From Fermentimonas sp. (GTDB lineage: Bacteria; Bacteroidota; Bacteroidia; Bacteroidales; Dysgonomonadaceae): 64,000 nucleotides of DNA. Below, piece after piece: positions 50,958 to 61,449 of the stretch; position 1 is the first letter of the stretch, and each line of letters starts with the position of its first letter. Under the pieces are notes generated by a model. It was not told the DNA's origin. It worked only from the letters and a program-made list of their open reading frames with translations, and did no database searches. The stretch spans positions 6,440 through 70,439 of the forward strand of contig JBMNSN010000005.1 of the NCBI GenBank assembly GCA_050945215.1, in the 5' to 3' direction. Both the position numbers and the translations under genes were made by a program.

Positions 50958-52436
50958 ATGAAAGATAAAATAGCACAAAATTTGGTCATCTACAATACGC
51001 TTACCAGGGAGAAAGAGCCTTTTAAACCTCTTAACCCTCCTATGGTTGGCATGTATGTGTGTGGACCGACAGTATATAGTGACGTTCACTTAGGCAATTG
51101 CAGAACATTTATTTCATTCGACCTGATTTATAGGTATCTACTGCACCTAGGATATAAGGTTAGATATGTGAGGAACATCACTGATGCCGGGCATCTTGAG
51201 GGAGACAGAGATGAAGGAGATGACAAGTTTGCAAAAAGAGCTAAACTTGAGCAGTTGGAGCCAATGGAGATTGTTCAGAAGTACACCTTGGGATTTCACG
51301 AGGTGTTGCGTAAATTTAACACACTGCCGCCGAGTATTGAGCCCACAGCCACCGGACACATTGTTGAACAAATAGACATGATTCAAGAAATCCTGAAGGC
51401 AGGATACGCTTACGAGGTTAATGGGTCGGTTTATTTTGATGTGGAAAAGTACAGCAAGGATTTCAACTATGGCATTTTGACCAACAGGAAGCTTGAAGAT
51501 CTAATTGATGGAACAAGGGAACTGGATGGCCAGGATGAGAAGCGCGGAAGACTGGACTTTGCATTATGGATTAAAGCGAAACCTGAAACGCTGATGCAAT
51601 GGACTTCGCCTTGGGGGAAGGGTTTCCCCGGATGGCATATAGAGTGCTCGGCCATGAGTACCAAATATCTTGGTGGTACTTTTGATATTCATGGTGGAGG
51701 AATGGATTTGCAGGCTACGCACCACACCAATGAGATAGCACAATCGCAGGCATGCAATCACAGCGAGCCGGTTAAGTATTGGGTTCACACTAACATGCTG
51801 ACGGTGAATGGAGTTAGAATGTCAAAAAGTGCCGGGAATGGTTTTTTACCTAATGAGCTGTTTACCGGAGATCATCCGTTGCTGGATAAAGGTTACTCAC
51901 CGATGACTGTAAGATTTTTTATGTCACAGTCTCACTATAGAAGTACTTTGGACTTTTCGAACGAAGCACTCGGAGCTGCCGAAAAGGGTTATAAGAGACT
52001 CATGGAGGGATTGTCTTCTCTTGAAGGTATTACTCCATCTGACGCCTCTACGGTTAATATTGATGAGCTGGAAGAGGGGTGTTATGCCGCTATGAATGAT
52101 GACTTTAATAGTCCTATTTTGGTGGCACAACTTTTTGAGGGTGTTAGAATCATTAACGCTTGCAAAGAGGAAAATGAGAAGATTTCGCATGATGATTTGG
52201 AGAAACTAAAAAGAGTAATGAACACCTTCACTTTTGATGTTCTCGGCTTGTTGGACGAAACCAAAAGCAACAGCAATAGCAACGTAATAGACGGACTGAT
52301 GGATTTGATTATAGATATTCGCAACGATGCCAGAGCAAACAAGAACTGGGATATGTCGGACAAAATAAGAGATGAGTTGAATAAAGCAGGTGTCCATATC
52401 AAGGATACTAAATCAGGTGTTGAATGGAGCTTATAA
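50958..52436 (+). CDS. cysS: Cysteine-tRNA ligase
   Basis: HIGH-type motif (DVHLGNCRT) and KMSKS-type motif (RMSKSAGN). Start at MKDKIAQNLVIYNTLT is preferred over the track's 50940. Confidence 0.95.
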   Translation: MKDKIAQNLVIYNTLTREKEPFKPLNPPMVGMYVCGPTVYSDVHLGNCRTFISFDLIYRYLLHLGYKVRYVRNITDAGHLEGDRDEGDDKFAKRAKLEQLEPMEIVQKYTLGFHEVLRKFNTLPPSIEPTATGHIVEQIDMIQEILKAGYAYEVNGSVYFDVEKYSKDFNYGILTNRKLEDLIDGTRELDGQDEKRGRLDFALWIKAKPETLMQWTSPWGKGFPGWHIECSAMSTKYLGGTFDIHGGGMDLQATHHTNEIAQSQACNHSEPVKYWVHTNMLTVNGVRMSKSAGNGFLPNELFTGDHPLLDKGYSPMTVRFFMSQSHYRSTLDFSNEALGAAEKGYKRLMEGLSSLEGITPSDASTVNIDELEEGCYAAMNDDFNSPILVAQLFEGVRIINACKEENEKISHDDLEKLKRVMNTFTFDVLGLLDETKSNSNSNVIDGLMDLIIDIRNDARANKNWDMSDKIRDELNKAGVHIKDTKSGVEWSL

Positions 52437-52546
52437 GTGGGATTTTGCAAGATAAAGCATAATTCTACTTAAACAAGGTAAAAGTATTATTAATTAGTCA
52501 ATCTTACTTTTATAAGTATTATTTTTACATCATAAACTAGTCCGCA

Positions 52547-53788
52547 ATGCTATATAGATACAAGATAACGCCACCCAACTCTATTAACACGGAAGTGAGC
52601 CTTCCTCCTTCAAAAAGTATCAGCAATAGAGCGATTATACTCAATGCATTGAGCCTGAACCCTAACCCTGTCAGCAATCTGTCGGATTGCGAGGACACTC
52701 AGGTTATTTTGGATGTTTTCAACTCCAAGTCCAACGTGTTTGACGTTAAAGGGGCAGGGACTGCTATGCGATTTTTAACTGCCTTTTTGGCCGGTATGGA
52801 AGGCGAGTGGATTTTGAAGGGTAGCGAGAGAATGCATCAGAGACCTATTCATCCATTGGTTGAGACGCTTGTAGCTCTGGGCGCTAATATAACCTACTTG
52901 GAGAAAGAGGGCTTCCCTCCCCTGAAGATTGTGGGAAAAAACCTTAAAGGCGGAGAGGTGTATCTATCTGGGAATATAAGTTCTCAGTTTATTTCTGCTC
53001 TGTTAATGGTTGCACCATTGATGGAGAAAGGACTGACAATGCACATTGAAACTGAGATTGTTTCGAGACCTTATATTGAGCAAACTATTGAAATGATGTC
53101 ACGTTATGGTGTTAACGTGAAATGGACGGCAAATAAGATTTCTGTAAAACATCAAGCGTATAAGGCGTCAGACATAGTGGTGGAAACAGACTGGTCTTCA
53201 GCATCATACTGGTACGAAATTGCATCGCTTTTACCTGGTTCCAAGATTACTTTAAAAGGACTGGTAAAGAACAGCATTCAAGGAGATTCAAAGGTCGCAA
53301 CTCTATTTAATGACTTAGGGGTTTCTACTGAATTTAAGGAAAATAGCGCTGTAATTAAGAGTGCAAAGAAGAAAACGAAGAAGTTTTTCCATGATTTTGT
53401 CAATGAGCCAGACCTAGTTCAAACATTTGTAGCTGCTTGTTGTTTTAAGAACGTTGAATTTCTTTTTTCGGGCATTCAAAGTCTGAAAATAAAGGAGACG
53501 GACAGGGTACAGGCTATGATTACTGAGATGAGAAAGTTTGGATATGTCCTTAAAGAGAACGGCATAGGCATGTTGGAGTGGGATGGAGAACGCTGTGTGC
53601 CAGAGGCGAAGCCTATTGTTGCCACTTATGACGACCACAGAATGGCTATGTCATTGGCGCCCGGTGCAATCGTTCTTGGCGATATTATGGTTGACGATCC
53701 GAGAGTGGTAGCAAAGTCTTATCCTAACTTCTGGAAGGATCTAGAGTCTGCAGGATTTAAGATTGATGAAATAGAAATTAAGAAATAA
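52547..53788 (+). CDS. aroA: 3-phosphoshikimate 1-carboxyvinyltransferase (EPSP synthase)
   Basis: 413 aa with LPPSKSISNRAIIL, GAGTAMRFL and the DHRMAMS motif. Confidence 0.93.
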   Translation: MLYRYKITPPNSINTEVSLPPSKSISNRAIILNALSLNPNPVSNLSDCEDTQVILDVFNSKSNVFDVKGAGTAMRFLTAFLAGMEGEWILKGSERMHQRPIHPLVETLVALGANITYLEKEGFPPLKIVGKNLKGGEVYLSGNISSQFISALLMVAPLMEKGLTMHIETEIVSRPYIEQTIEMMSRYGVNVKWTANKISVKHQAYKASDIVVETDWSSASYWYEIASLLPGSKITLKGLVKNSIQGDSKVATLFNDLGVSTEFKENSAVIKSAKKKTKKFFHDFVNEPDLVQTFVAACCFKNVEFLFSGIQSLKIKETDRVQAMITEMRKFGYVLKENGIGMLEWDGERCVPEAKPIVATYDDHRMAMSLAPGAIVLGDIMVDDPRVVAKSYPNFWKDLESAGFKIDEIEIKK

Positions 53789-53790
53789 AG

Positions 53791-54225
53791 ATGCGAGCAA
53801 TTTTTTTATTTTTAGGAATCATATTGTTTTTTGTGGTAGCACTGACCATAACTAATTATATACAGAGGAAAAGAGGGGTATCAGAGAAAAAAAGCATGCC
53901 TGATCCTCCTATCGATTTGGGACGACCAAGTGGGTGTTGTGGAGCTCATGAGGTGTGTGAGAGAGACAGTCTGATAGCAGCATTCGAAGTTAAGCCGGAA
54001 TACTTTGACGATGAGGAATTGGACAAATATAAGAATAGAGATTCTGCAAGTTATGCAGACACAGAGGTAGATGAATTCAGAGATGTATTCTATTCAGTTC
54101 TTGATGAAGAAAAGCCAAAATGGGTGAGAAGTTTGAATCTACGTAATATATCTGTGCCTGACCAGTTGAAAGATGAGATATTGATGTTTGTAGATGAGCT
54201 TAGGACTCACAAAATGAACGCTTGA
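53791..54225 (+). CDS. Hypothetical membrane-anchored protein with CCGxHxxC motif
   Basis: 144 aa. N-terminal TM helix (IFLFLGIILFFVVALTI) is followed by a basic stretch, then GCCGAHEVCERD (Cys49, Cys50, His53, Cys56) and an acidic C-terminal domain. It starts 2 nt after the aroA stop. Confidence 0.5.
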   Translation: MRAIFLFLGIILFFVVALTITNYIQRKRGVSEKKSMPDPPIDLGRPSGCCGAHEVCERDSLIAAFEVKPEYFDDEELDKYKNRDSASYADTEVDEFRDVFYSVLDEEKPKWVRSLNLRNISVPDQLKDEILMFVDELRTHKMNA

Positions 54226-54241
54226 CAACATAAGTTGATTG

Positions 54242-55060
54242 ATGAATATCATTGAGGTATTAGATTATACATTTTTTAGGAATGCTTTGCTTGGCTGCGT
54301 GTTGACAAGTATTGCATGTGGTATAATAGGAACCTACGTTGTTTCCAAACGCTTGGTATTCATAAGTGGAGGTATAACACACGCATCATTTGGTGGTTTG
54401 GGAGTTGGCTTCTATTTCTCCCTCCCTCCTATTATTTCGGCAATCGTCTTTGCTATTCTATCAGCATTTGGAATACAGTGGCTATCAAATGAACACGGAG
54501 TTAGAGAAGACTCAGCAATAGCTGTATTCTGGTCACTGGGCATGGCATTAGGTATCATGCTTACTTTCTTATCTCCCGGTTATGCTACCAACCTTTCGGA
54601 ATACTTGTTTGGAAATATATTAACAATTACCACTAACGACCTAATTGCCTTAGTTGTATTAATACTCTTAGTTCTGCTGTTTTTTGCTGTATTCTTTCAT
54701 GAGATAGTGTATGTTTCGTTTGATACAGAATATGCCAAGACTCGCGGTATACCTACACACCTGATTGAATATACCATGATGTTATTTGTAGCTGTGACAA
54801 TAGTTTTAAGTATCAGATTAGTAGGAATAGTACTACTGATGTCGCTTATCACTGTGCCTCAGATGACTGCAAATCTGTTTACGGTAAAATACTCTAAACT
54901 TATTGCTCTATCAATTCTATTCAGCTTCATAGGTTCTGTCGCAGGACTTTTTCTTTCCTACTATTTAAACGTACCATCAGGAGCATTTATCATCTTCGTA
55001 CTTATTATCATGTACTTTATTGCTCGAGGAATGAAATCATTAGTTAGCCTCAAACAATAA
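54242..55060 (+). CDS. ABC-3 family metal (Zn/Mn/Fe) transporter permease
   Basis: 272 aa with about 8-9 TM helices and a ZnuB/MntB/TroC-like pattern (FFRNALLG...GIIGTYVV.KRLVFISGGITHASFGG). No adjacent ATPase or binding-protein gene. Confidence 0.85.
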   Translation: MNIIEVLDYTFFRNALLGCVLTSIACGIIGTYVVSKRLVFISGGITHASFGGLGVGFYFSLPPIISAIVFAILSAFGIQWLSNEHGVREDSAIAVFWSLGMALGIMLTFLSPGYATNLSEYLFGNILTITTNDLIALVVLILLVLLFFAVFFHEIVYVSFDTEYAKTRGIPTHLIEYTMMLFVAVTIVLSIRLVGIVLLMSLITVPQMTANLFTVKYSKLIALSILFSFIGSVAGLFLSYYLNVPSGAFIIFVLIIMYFIARGMKSLVSLKQ

Positions 55061-55133
55061 AAGCCTTTTTTTTCAGTTTATCTATTGATGAATAGGCAAG
55101 TATCATCAGAGAAACAGATAAATCAAATTAATA

Positions 55134-57230
55134 TTGCGAATAACAAACAGAACTGATATACTATTTATCTATATTGTCTTTTTGATAATAGCACTTGTGG
55201 GGTGTTCTTCTCGAAAAAACACTTCATCGACTCGTTACTATCACAACTTGAATTCTAAGTATAACTCATTTTACAACGCAAAAAAGATCTACGATGAGAC
55301 ATTAGAGGACAAGTTAATGCAGTTATCAGAAGACTGGTTTGAATTATTGCCATTTTATCCTAATCAAAACAATAATGGAAAAACACAAGTAGGAGGTGCT
55401 TTCGATGCTGTTGTGGATAAACTTGAGGATAACATACACAAGCATTCCATTACTGCCAAGCCGATAAGAGATAGGTCAAAGATGAACTCAAGCGAATATA
55501 GAAAATGGCTGTCACAAAGTGAGTTTAATCCAAACATGAAAAAGGTATGGCTACTATTAGGAAAAGCGCATCTGCAGAATGGCGATTACGTAACTGCGCT
55601 ATCAGTCTTTTCGGAAATTTCAAAACTATTCCCGGAAGACACAGAGCTAATTACAGAAACACATATTTGGTCAATTCGTGCGTACACTGAAATGAATAGA
55701 TTTTATGATGCGGATAATCTTGTTAGGATACTACAATATAGAGACATGCCAAAGGAGCAACAGGTCTTATTCGATGATGCTCGAGCTAACTTGTTCTTAA
55801 AGATGAGAAGATACGATGATGCGTTACCTTTCATAAGTAACAGTATCAGAGAGTCTGATAATATTGTAAAAAAGAAGAGACTTCAATTCCTTTTAGGACA
55901 AATATACTTGATTATAGGAGACACAGCAACAGCCCATAAGACCTTCGAAGAGTTAAAGGATTTTAGAACACCACCCATTCTAAAAGAATACGCCAACATA
56001 TACTTAGATTCTACGTTTGTCATCAAAGAGAGTGTATATAATAACTCTAATGTAGGTTTATCTGATTTTCCTGATGACTCGTTAGAGCATGGTGCCACAG
56101 TAGGGCATTATCAATTTGGAAACTCATTTATTGCAGAAATGTCGGAAGATGAGGAACGACTATATAGTTTAGCGAGGGAAGCATATATAGAGCAAAATAC
56201 AAACACTTTGCATTCCTTATATGATGTCTTCTTAGAGCAGTATCCGAGCTCCAATGTAATGCCTCAGATGACATTAATGAATGCTATTAGCTTTGGATTA
56301 GAAAATGACATACATAATGCTGAGCATGAGCTAAAGGAAATAGTTGAAAAATACAGCAATACGGATATAGCTAATATGGCTAATCATGTGCTTGCGGGGT
56401 TAAATGATGGACACCGTATAGTAAATAATAAATCGTGGGATTATAGTACAAAATCTCAACAGTCGTTTGATGAATATAAAGCTATTGAATTCACTTCTAT
56501 TGATAATGACAATTACAATATATTATTAGAGTCTACTTGTGGCAATAGCGGGCTAAATGAACTAATTTTTGCCATTGCTAACTTCAATTTTACTAACTTT
56601 GACCTTCGTACATTTAAGTTAGGACAAATAAGTATTAATGAAAAGTTATTATTAAGCATCCAATCGTTCTACTCAATGAGTGATGCTGAAGGTTACATAG
56701 ATAGACTTAAGAATGATTCAAATTTCTTGAAGAATATAAGTTGCGACTTGAATACTATAATTATTTCTGAAGAGAATATTAAAAAGATATCTACAAATAA
56801 TGATCTGAAAGAGTATATAACATTTTACAATAGTAATTATAAAAATCAGGAACATATTAAGTCTTTAGGTGTAGCCAATATTACAGATGAGACGCCTCTT
56901 TTTCATGATACTAACATAACGGAAAACAAAGACATTTCTGAAGAAATTAAGGAGGGCAATAAGGAGCTCGAGCATAACGAATCATTTTCAACAAATGGTT
57001 TGCTTCCTAAAAACCCTGACGAGCTAAGAAAGCAGCTTGAAAACAAAGAGCAAGTGGTACGTGAACGATCTACAAACTCTTCCAATAATAAAAGCAGACA
57101 GCAGTTGCTGAAGGAGAGACAAAAGGAACGAGAAAGAAAAATCAAACAAAGGGAAAAGGAACTAAAAGAGATACAACGTAAACGCGAAGAAGAATTAAAA
57201 CTAAGACACAAAAACGATAGACAGAGATGA
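55134..57230 (+). CDS. TPR-repeat outer-membrane lipoprotein with highly charged C-terminal tail (possibly SprE/PorW-like)
   Basis: 698 aa. TTG start; no in-frame ATG lies before the lipobox. Lipobox is IALVGCSS. The post-lipobox motif [16 protein letters not shown] resembles my recollection of SprE/PorW N-termini. The C-terminal ~70 aa are K/E/R/Q-rich. Confidence 0.6.
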   Translation: MRITNRTDILFIYIVFLIIALVGCSSRKNTSSTRYYHNLNSKYNSFYNAKKIYDETLEDKLMQLSEDWFELLPFYPNQNNNGKTQVGGAFDAVVDKLEDNIHKHSITAKPIRDRSKMNSSEYRKWLSQSEFNPNMKKVWLLLGKAHLQNGDYVTALSVFSEISKLFPEDTELITETHIWSIRAYTEMNRFYDADNLVRILQYRDMPKEQQVLFDDARANLFLKMRRYDDALPFISNSIRESDNIVKKKRLQFLLGQIYLIIGDTATAHKTFEELKDFRTPPILKEYANIYLDSTFVIKESVYNNSNVGLSDFPDDSLEHGATVGHYQFGNSFIAEMSEDEERLYSLAREAYIEQNTNTLHSLYDVFLEQYPSSNVMPQMTLMNAISFGLENDIHNAEHELKEIVEKYSNTDIANMANHVLAGLNDGHRIVNNKSWDYSTKSQQSFDEYKAIEFTSIDNDNYNILLESTCGNSGLNELIFAIANFNFTNFDLRTFKLGQISINEKLLLSIQSFYSMSDAEGYIDRLKNDSNFLKNISCDLNTIIISEENIKKISTNNDLKEYITFYNSNYKNQEHIKSLGVANITDETPLFHDTNITENKDISEEIKEGNKELEHNESFSTNGLLPKNPDELRKQLENKEQVVRERSTNSSNNKSRQQLLKERQKERERKIKQREKELKEIQRKREEELKLRHKNDRQR

Positions 57231-57808
57231 AGAAAATAGTATTTGCAACAAACAACAGAAACAAACTAAAAGAAATAAGAAATATAGTTGGTGACAAAAT
57301 TGAGATCTTAAGCCTATCTGATATAAATTGTCATGACACGATAGAGGAGACAGGGCAAACATTAGAAGAGAACGCAATTATCAAAGCCAAGTATGTAAAA
57401 GAAAAATACGGTTATGACTGCTTTGCTGATGACTCAGGACTTGAGGTTGAAGCATTAAGAGGGGCACCTGGCGTTTACTCCTCCAGATATGCCGGTCCTG
57501 ATTGCGACTCAGAGAAAAACATGACCAAGCTGATAAAAGAATTAAATGGTGTCAAGAACAGAGCAGCACAGTTTAGAACTATCATTTGTCTGATAACTGA
57601 TAACGAAACAGAACTATTCGAAGGCGTCATAAAAGGTCACATCACTAAATCAAAGAGCGGTAACAATGGCTTCGGTTACGACCCTATATTTATCCCTGAG
57701 GGATATGAGAAGACATTTGCAGAGATGGATGAAGAAGAAAAGAATAACATCAGTCATAGAGCTATAGCAACAAACAAGCTTATATCAAAATTAATTGAAT
57801 TGCCTTAG
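57227..57808 (+). CDS. rdgB: Non-canonical purine NTP pyrophosphatase (RdgB/HAM1)
   Basis: [28 protein letters not shown] and ISHRA motifs. The ATG overlaps the upstream stop (ATGA). Confidence 0.92.
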   Translation: MKKIVFATNNRNKLKEIRNIVGDKIEILSLSDINCHDTIEETGQTLEENAIIKAKYVKEKYGYDCFADDSGLEVEALRGAPGVYSSRYAGPDCDSEKNMTKLIKELNGVKNRAAQFRTIICLITDNETELFEGVIKGHITKSKSGNNGFGYDPIFIPEGYEKTFAEMDEEEKNNISHRAIATNKLISKLIELP

Positions 57809-57837
57809 TATCTATTGTTAATCAATCATTTAATTAG

Positions 57838-57845
57838 TATATTTG
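57838..57845 (+). promoter_or_regulatory. -7 box TATATTTG for the oxidoreductase gene
   Basis: TAnnTTTG match 33 nt before ATG 57879. Confidence 0.45.
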
Positions 57846-57878
57846 AGACTAATAAATCAGTAGTATAAACTTTAAAAA

Positions 57879-58952
57879 ATGAATAAACACATGACGGCAA
57901 AAAACATACGAACCGGAATCATAGGGTATGGCCTTTCAGGAAGAGTTTTCCACGCACCTTTTATTGATGTAATTGATGGATTTGAGCTAACCAAAATCAG
58001 CACATCAAACGCTGATAGGATTGCTTTAGCAAAAGAGCGATATCCTTCAACAACGATAGTTGATGGTGCCCAAAACATCATCGATGACCCTAACATTGAT
58101 TTGGTTATTGTTACCTCTCCAAACATTGACCATTACACTTGGGCAAAGAAGGCGCTTCTAGCTGATAAACACGTGGTGGTTGAAAAACCTTTCACTGTAA
58201 CCGTTAAAGAGGCTGATGAATTAATAGAACTTGCAGAGGCCAAAAACAAGATACTTACAGTTTATCATAATAGGAGATTCACTAGTGATACCAAGACGGT
58301 AAAGAAGATATTAGAGAGTGGCATTCTTGGAGAAATTACCGATTACGAAACTCATTTCGACAGGTATCGCAAAGAACCACGAGGGCATGGCGCATGGCGT
58401 GAACAAGATCTCCCGGGATCTGGTATATTCTACGACTTAGGCTCACACCTCATAGACCAAGCTTTATGGTTTTTCGGCAAACCTCAGTCACTTACAGCAA
58501 ACATAAATATACAGCGTCAATGGGCAAAAACAGATGACAGCTTTGATCTACGTTTACATTATCCCACGTTTACTGCCACAATCAAATCGGGAATGATTTG
58601 TCGCATACCTGGGCCAACCTACATGTTGCATGGTACAAATGGCTCTTTTATTAAATATGGTCTCGATATTCAAGAAGCTACTCTTGATGGTGGAGCAAAA
58701 CCTGTAGGACAAGATTGGGGCAAAGAGCCGGAGAACATCTGGGGAACTATTGATGTAGACTATAAAGGTGTCAATATCAATGGAAAAGTCGAGAGTGAAA
58801 ACGGAGACTATCGCGAATATTTTGAGAACCTTAGGGATGCAATAAACGGAGAAGCAGAAATAGCAGTCAAAGCCTGTGAAGCTCGAGACGTAATAAAAAT
58901 AATAGAACTTGCTTTTCAAAGTAGCAAAGAAAAAAGAACTATTACTATATAG
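57879..58952 (+). CDS. Gfo/Idh/MocA-family NAD(P)-dependent oxidoreductase
   Basis: N-terminal Rossmann IRTGIIGYGLSGRVFHAP, plus the EKP motif (VVVEKPF). Confidence 0.86.
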   Translation: MNKHMTAKNIRTGIIGYGLSGRVFHAPFIDVIDGFELTKISTSNADRIALAKERYPSTTIVDGAQNIIDDPNIDLVIVTSPNIDHYTWAKKALLADKHVVVEKPFTVTVKEADELIELAEAKNKILTVYHNRRFTSDTKTVKKILESGILGEITDYETHFDRYRKEPRGHGAWREQDLPGSGIFYDLGSHLIDQALWFFGKPQSLTANINIQRQWAKTDDSFDLRLHYPTFTATIKSGMICRIPGPTYMLHGTNGSFIKYGLDIQEATLDGGAKPVGQDWGKEPENIWGTIDVDYKGVNINGKVESENGDYREYFENLRDAINGEAEIAVKACEARDVIKIIELAFQSSKEKRTITI

Positions 58953-58968
58953 CTACTATCCCCAAAAT

Positions 58969-59006
58969 AAATATAGCCTTACCATTTATTTGGTAAGGCT
59001 ATATTT
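58969..59006. terminator. Bidirectional hairpin terminator between convergent oxidoreductase and GDPD genes
   Basis: aaatatagccttacca (58969-58984) pairs with tggtaaggctatattt (58991-59006), giving a 16-bp stem and a 6-nt loop. The A/T-rich stem base supplies U-tracts on both strands. Confidence 0.68.
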
Positions 59007-59029
59007 ATTCTAACTATTTGATGAACCAC

Positions 59030-59977
59030 TTATTCTACATCAAATTTATCTCCTCCTGACACCATCCACACCTCAATAGGGTAGTCTGACTCGATTATAT
59101 CTGGTTTTATGACTGATTTAGATGCTTCATTAGCATAAGCCTCTATTCTCTGCTCCGTAGTCCTCAGTCTATCATGTGTAGGCGAATATGACACCATACA
59201 TCTAACACCATTATCATGAAGTTTCTTAACAATATGGCTGTTCGCTTCATTTATACTTTGTCCCACATAAGCTATCATACTCTCCCATGGAACACCCGAT
59301 ATTTCAATATCTTCATACTCTGCATCATTCCTTGCAAACACCGAAAGCATAACTCCAGGCAATCTATCATGATAAAACCTTGCTTGTGCACCTGTATGGA
59401 CAGTCAACATTACATACTTCTCCATCTTATGCTTCTTGATTAAGTCTACAACCATCTGCATAGGCACATCCTTCTTGTCCAAGTTTATAATGGTTTTTCC
59501 TTCAGTCCATTCAAAGACCTGCTCTAAGCTTGGTATCATTGATACAGTTATGTTCCCTTCGCTGTCCTTCAACCTGTATGACTGCAATTCACTCCAAGTA
59601 TAATCCGACAACTTCCCCGTAGCATTGGTCGTTCTGTCGAGTGTCTCGTCGTGCATCAAAACGACAACGCTATCCTTGGTAAGCCTCGGGTCTACCTCAA
59701 AAAATATAGGCATCTTACGCAACAAATATTCAAAGCCCTCTATACTATTCTCGGCATATCCGGGCTCTCTGCTACCTCTATGACCACTAATCAACAGACT
59801 GCTATCGCCTTTGTATGAAAAATACTCCTGAGTATCTGACAGCTTTTTAAACTTAAGATAATTCTCTTCTCCCTCTTTTGGACCACACCCAACAAAAACA
59901 AAAGTCATAGCGAAGCTGAAAAGCACTGACAATAGCGACAAATTTAATAACCGTTTAATACTGGACCTCATAATCAA
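59030..59977 (-). CDS. Glycerophosphodiester phosphodiesterase-family lipoprotein
   Basis: Lipobox FVFVGCGP. GDPD catalytic motif ISGHRGS, with downstream E.D and MHD residues. Confidence 0.82.
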   Translation of the reverse strand: MIMRSSIKRLLNLSLLSVLFSFAMTFVFVGCGPKEGEENYLKFKKLSDTQEYFSYKGDSSLLISGHRGSREPGYAENSIEGFEYLLRKMPIFFEVDPRLTKDSVVVLMHDETLDRTTNATGKLSDYTWSELQSYRLKDSEGNITVSMIPSLEQVFEWTEGKTIINLDKKDVPMQMVVDLIKKHKMEKYVMLTVHTGAQARFYHDRLPGVMLSVFARNDAEYEDIEISGVPWESMIAYVGQSINEANSHIVKKLHDNGVRCMVSYSPTHDRLRTTEQRIEAYANEASKSVIKPDIIESDYPIEVWMVSGGDKFDVE

Positions 59978-59997
59978 AAACCATTTAAATTACTACC

Positions 59998-60005
59998 CAA
60001 ATATA
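59998..60005 (-). promoter_or_regulatory. -7 box (TATATTTG on minus strand) for the GDPD gene
   Basis: Plus strand reads CAAATATA, 21 nt upstream of ATG 59977. Confidence 0.4.
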
Positions 60006-60121
60006 CTAAAGACATATAAATTATCAAAGGCTTTTCTATTATCTTTCCTATAATATTAACCCGTCTTATTCAATCTATTCCGCCCAAATCTAATACATCT
60101 AAGCCACAATAACACAGCACA

Positions 60122-60919
60122 TTACTCACCCTCGCTGAAGCCTCTCTGTCTCATAGCTTCAAATGTAATTATTGCTGTTGATGTTGACACATTCAGAGAG
60201 TCAATCTTTCCACACATTGGTATTATTATACGCTTAGTAGCATTGTCTTTCCAAAAACTGGTCAGTCCATCAGCTTCCGTGCCCATAACGATTGCCGAAG
60301 GTTTCATAAAATCAACCTTATCATACCTCTCTGACGCCTCAAGCTCGGCAGCATAAACATTTATACCCCTATTCTTAAGCCAGTCCAAAGCCTCTGATGA
60401 AGTGCAAATCACTGTTTTAACAGTAAACAATCCTCCGACTCCGGAGCGTATGACATTAGGATTATACAAATCTGTTTTAGGATCACATATAAGCACAGCA
60501 TCAACCCCTGCGGCATCAGCCGTTCTCAATATTGCACCCAAGTTGCCTGGCTTTTCAACAGATTCAATAACAATGATAAAAGGATTGTTCCCTACGTGCA
60601 AGTCAGACAAATAATGCCTCTTGGGTTTGGCCAATGCCACCAAACCATCCGAATTCACGCGATAGGCTATCCTTTCAAAAACATTTGGAGCAATCTCAAA
60701 AACATTCTTGTCAGCAATACCATCCAAAACATTTGGGTACTTGCTACCCTTAAAAAGCTCATAACACACATACACCGATTCTACCTCATACCCACCTTGC
60801 AAAGCCAGCGATAGCTCACGAGCCCCTTCTATGACGAACAAATTTTGTTCTTGTCGTTCTTTGCTCTTCGATAGTTTAATTATGTTCTTTATCGATTGAT
60901 TTTGTGTGCTTGTAATCAT
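60122..60919 (-). CDS. TrmH/SpoU-family RNA methyltransferase (RlmB-like, with N-terminal substrate-binding domain)
   Basis: 265 aa with SpoU motifs NLGAILRTADAAGV, IVMGTEADGL and SLNVSTSTAI. Confidence 0.85.
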   Translation of the reverse strand: MITSTQNQSIKNIIKLSKSKERQEQNLFVIEGARELSLALQGGYEVESVYVCYELFKGSKYPNVLDGIADKNVFEIAPNVFERIAYRVNSDGLVALAKPKRHYLSDLHVGNNPFIIVIESVEKPGNLGAILRTADAAGVDAVLICDPKTDLYNPNVIRSGVGGLFTVKTVICTSSEALDWLKNRGINVYAAELEASERYDKVDFMKPSAIVMGTEADGLTSFWKDNATKRIIIPMCGKIDSLNVSTSTAIITFEAMRQRGFSEGE

Positions 60920-60924
60920 CTCTC

Positions 60925-61377
60925 TTATAGTTCTTCTTTCTTCAGTAAAAACTTATCTATCACTTCTTTAAATGATTTCTTTGGCAATGCACCTACACCC
61001 ATCTGTGGTTCCTCACCTATAGGTATAAATAGAAACATAGGAATGCTTCTTGCTCCAAACATCTGAGCCAATTCAGGTTCCTCGTCTACATCCACCTTGT
61101 AAATATATATTTCTCCACTATACTCAGTGGCCAAATCGGTAAGTATAGGAGATGTCACTCTACAGGGTCCACACCACTTTGCGTGAAAATCTATAATAGC
61201 CGGTTTGTCACCAATATATTTCCACTCTGTAGGATTGTTCTCGTAATCAAATACAAGTTCTTTAAAAGTTTCTTTTGTCAAATCTATAGGCTTGGCCGTA
61301 ATCTTTTCTGAGGGCTGTTGTGCACTAAGCCCCAAAGCCACTAATAAAGATATAATTAGCACAACTGCTTTTTTCAT
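60925..61377 (-). CDS. Exported thioredoxin
   Basis: Signal peptide MKKAVVLIISLLVALGLSAQQ and active site WCGPC. 150 aa. Confidence 0.9.
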   Translation of the reverse strand: MKKAVVLIISLLVALGLSAQQPSEKITAKPIDLTKETFKELVFDYENNPTEWKYIGDKPAIIDFHAKWCGPCRVTSPILTDLATEYSGEIYIYKVDVDEEPELAQMFGARSIPMFLFIPIGEEPQMGVGALPKKSFKEVIDKFLLKKEEL

Positions 61378-61449
61378 AATAAATAATTTAGTCTGTGATT
61401 TTTAATAATGTAGATATATAAAAACTTCCTAAGCATTTAACCTAAAACT

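Noticed and set aside
56903-57211. A 102-aa minus-strand ORF (Ser/Leu/Cys/Phe-rich) opposite the charged tail of the TPR lipoprotein
   Set aside because: It is the reverse complement of a GAA/AAA/AGA-rich low-complexity coding segment, so it is open by composition only.
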